Shown here: one piece after another, positions 26,057 through 27,854 of the stretch
Layout of the letters: each line of letters begins with the position of its first letter
Numbering within the stretch: position 1 is the stretch's first letter
Source of the DNA: Oligoflexales bacterium
GTDB taxonomy: Bacteria > Bdellovibrionota_B > Oligoflexia > Oligoflexales > Bog-1112
Direction: 5' to 3'
Assembly: GCA_045105515.1 (NCBI GenBank)
Contig: JBGCDR010000302.1
Location: forward strand, 1 to 27,854
DNA length: 27,854 bases
The notes under the pieces: model-generated
Databases searched by the model: none
The model's input: the letters and a program-made list of their open reading frames with translations, nothing else
What the model was told of the DNA's origin: nothing
Position numbers and translations under genes: made by a program

Positions 26057-26479
26057 CTAGTCAAGTGGGATATCTCCACGCATGATTTCTACTAATGCGT
26101 TCAATGCATCGGTGGACGTGAAGATTCCAAAAAAATCATCATCTGTATCCTCCACAATTGCGCTACCTATTTTTTTGTCTGACATGGTGAATACTACTTT
26201 GTCTAAGTTTTCCTTGCGTGACACCCGGTAAACTTCCTTAGTCATAAGATCTTTAACTTTTACTTGCTCACTATCAGCACTTATGCTGCCGCAGCGCAAA
26301 ATATCGCGATCGCTAATAATCCCGCTAAGTCTTCCGCTGCTCATGACAGGAATGTGACGGTATTCATGCTTAGCCATCAGGTTTAATGCATCAAAAGCTG
26401 ACTGATGTTCTTCAACGAGAACGGGGCTTGGTGAAGTGAACTCTTCTACAGGAATTTTTAGTCTACTGAATCCATCCAT
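26057..26479 (-). CDS. Stand-alone CBS-domain pair protein
   Basis: YRHIPVM, LSGIISDRDI, VKDLMT, KIGSAIV and GIFTSTDAL motifs. SD GGGAG. Confidence 0.9.
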   Translation of the reverse strand: MDGFSRLKIPVEEFTSPSPVLVEEHQSAFDALNLMAKHEYRHIPVMSSGRLSGIISDRDILRCGSISADSEQVKVKDLMTKEVYRVSRKENLDKVVFTMSDKKIGSAIVEDTDDDFFGIFTSTDALNALVEIMRGDIPLD

Positions 26480-26551
26480 GGAGCCGGTACTCCCTTTGTG
26501 AGGAATTAATTAAAAATGAAAAAGGCTTCTTACAATAATTGGTAAAAGTAC

Positions 26552-26890
26552 TTAAGCGATACCTTGCTTCTTGTATGAGTACTCAATTTGGGCTCGCTTT
26601 TTTGAAAAATATCTCTCATTCTCCTTTACGATCTGTCTACGGGTCATTTCCTGAATCCTGTCAATGCAGCATTCGAAAGAACTATTTTTTGTGCTTATTT
26701 CGAACACATGACCCCTCTCAGATACTAAATGAAGGTGGACTTGTTTTTCAATCTTTACCTCGGAAAAAGTTAATTCTGCCTTGATGGCATCAGTAGAAAA
26801 TTTGGTTAATACATTAGCAAGCTTCTTGAGAGCATACTCCTCTAAAGTTGGATTATTTCCTGTTCCGTTATAATTGAATATCAATTGCAT
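26552..26890 (-). CDS. HPF/RaiA-family ribosome hibernation protein (short, divergent)
   Basis: PTLEEYALKKL...FECCIDRIQEMTRRQIVKENER fits the S30AE pattern. SD AGGAGG before TTG 26893/ATG 26890. Confidence 0.75.
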   Translation of the reverse strand: MQLIFNYNGTGNNPTLEEYALKKLANVLTKFSTDAIKAELTFSEVKIEKQVHLHLVSERGHVFEISTKNSSFECCIDRIQEMTRRQIVKENERYFSKKRAQIEYSYKKQGIA

Positions 26891-27036
26891 CAATAAGCCT
26901 CCTGCTGATTTCCACTTATGACCACTATACGGTAGGATTGGAAAGTTGATAAAACCTATATAGTACGTACATAGAACTAGTTTTTTGTAGGTTAATCGAA
27001 GATTCTAATTTTCATGTAAAATAGAAGATTTAGGTG

Positions 27037-27720
27037 CTAAAGTGAATCTTTGTACAGTTTTTGAAGACTCTTTCTGAGACCGGCATGCTTCCCGTTATTC
27101 ATAAAATCTCTAATAAATTCAATATTTTCGATTCGTGCTTTAGGGTGAGCAGTGTTGAAATACTCATACTCAAGAGGAATCAGATCATGTCGCTCCATAA
27201 GATTATTTTTGTCCTTTTTTGCGCGGAAAACTCCTGAATATTTTCTACTTGAATTGATCCACTTTCCACCCTCTAAATAACGAAGAATCATCTGGACCAT
27301 TGCTGTTCGGTGTCTGCCTGCCCGGCAATGTATCAGTACTGGTTGAAGCTCTTTATTCAAAGCAAGAGAAAGAGTCTGGTAAAGGGCATCTGCACCCCCT
27401 GCTAAATCAATAGGCTCGATAGTAATATTTGTAAATTTAGAAGCTAAAACAATGGTTCCATCGAAGTTTGAATCAGATACTTGATGATTCGTCTGCAAGG
27501 GATTCAATCCATCGATGTAGAGTTTATAGGTGCCTAGGTAGGGATGGAGAAAATTAATTTGCTTCGTTGCACTGTAGTCCAATTCCTCTTGTGCAAATGC
27601 ATCATTTTCTTCCGTTTTGTGAAAACCTTCTTTATGGATATAAATGATAGTCTTGAGAGGATCCATTCCTTGCTTTGCTAGGTAACGGTTAAGATCCTCA
27701 ATCCCCTCTTTTCCTAATAG
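27037..27720 (-). pseudogene. 3' portion of a Siw14/PFA-DSP-like phosphatase gene interrupted by an IS
   Basis: PVLIHCRAGRHRTA P-loop. Homology to the 13491-14801 protein continues 18 codons upstream of ATG 27666 (LLGKEGIEDLNRYLAKQG vs LLGKKGMKEIWSNLKKNG), then breaks, with an in-frame TAG at 27729-27727. Confidence 0.75.
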
Positions 27721-27854
27721 AGTTGTCTAACAATTGATAAAACCCTTTGGTAGCTTAATTTATGTTATTTTATAGTTCCAAAGACCTGCTGCTGCGTAAC
27801 CTATTTCATCACGAAGCTTATCAATTCTGACTCTTAACTTTGAAGAAGCTGCGT
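27718..27854 (-). mobile_element. Right end of an IS5-family (ISL2/DDE_Tnp_4-like) insertion sequence (partial)
   Basis: The minus frame 27852-27760 encodes AASSKLRVRIDKLRDEIGYAAAGLWNYKIT*, resembling the R..D..GLxNY C-terminus of these transposases. The putative terminus TAGAGTTGTC starts at 27718, exactly where phosphatase homology ends. Confidence 0.68.

Noticed and set aside
27037..27666. Intact 209-aa phosphatase starting at ATG 27666
   Set aside because: Homology to the paralog continues upstream of this Met until the IS junction, so the Met is probably internal.
1..27854. CRISPR array, rRNA, tRNA or prophage
   Set aside because: No regularly spaced direct repeats, RNA-gene signatures or phage genes were seen on reading.

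Overview
A roughly 40% GC bacterial chromosomal segment. Gene content suggests Bdellovibrionota/Oligoflexia or a related deltaproteobacterium, which is inference only. Both edges are insertion-sequence ends: the left end and first codons of an IS30-family element at 1-140, and the transposase C-terminus and right end of an IS5-family (ISL2/DDE_Tnp_4-like) element at about 27718-27854, which interrupts a phosphatase gene. The interior is mostly housekeeping genes: panC-plsB-rsgA-acyl-CoA dehydrogenase-EEP lipoprotein, RodZ-like, TPR lipoprotein-S41 protease, smc, ssb, fahA, cystathionine beta-synthase and HPF/RaiA. The most notable unannotated signals are: (1) a complete Trp-Trp leader-peptide attenuator upstream of an orphan TrpX-like ABC substrate-binding protein; (2) two paralogous Siw14/PFA-DSP-like phosphatases, one apparently secreted with an unusual CX5K P-loop and one IS-disrupted; (3) a tandem pair of CheZ-like paralogs, one intact and one degenerate, divergent from a receiver-CBS protein; (4) a Cys-rich protein that appears to need a CTG start; (5) a catalytically degenerate EEP-fold lipoprotein; (6) a highly structured panC leader. 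No rRNA, tRNA or CRISPR array was seen.
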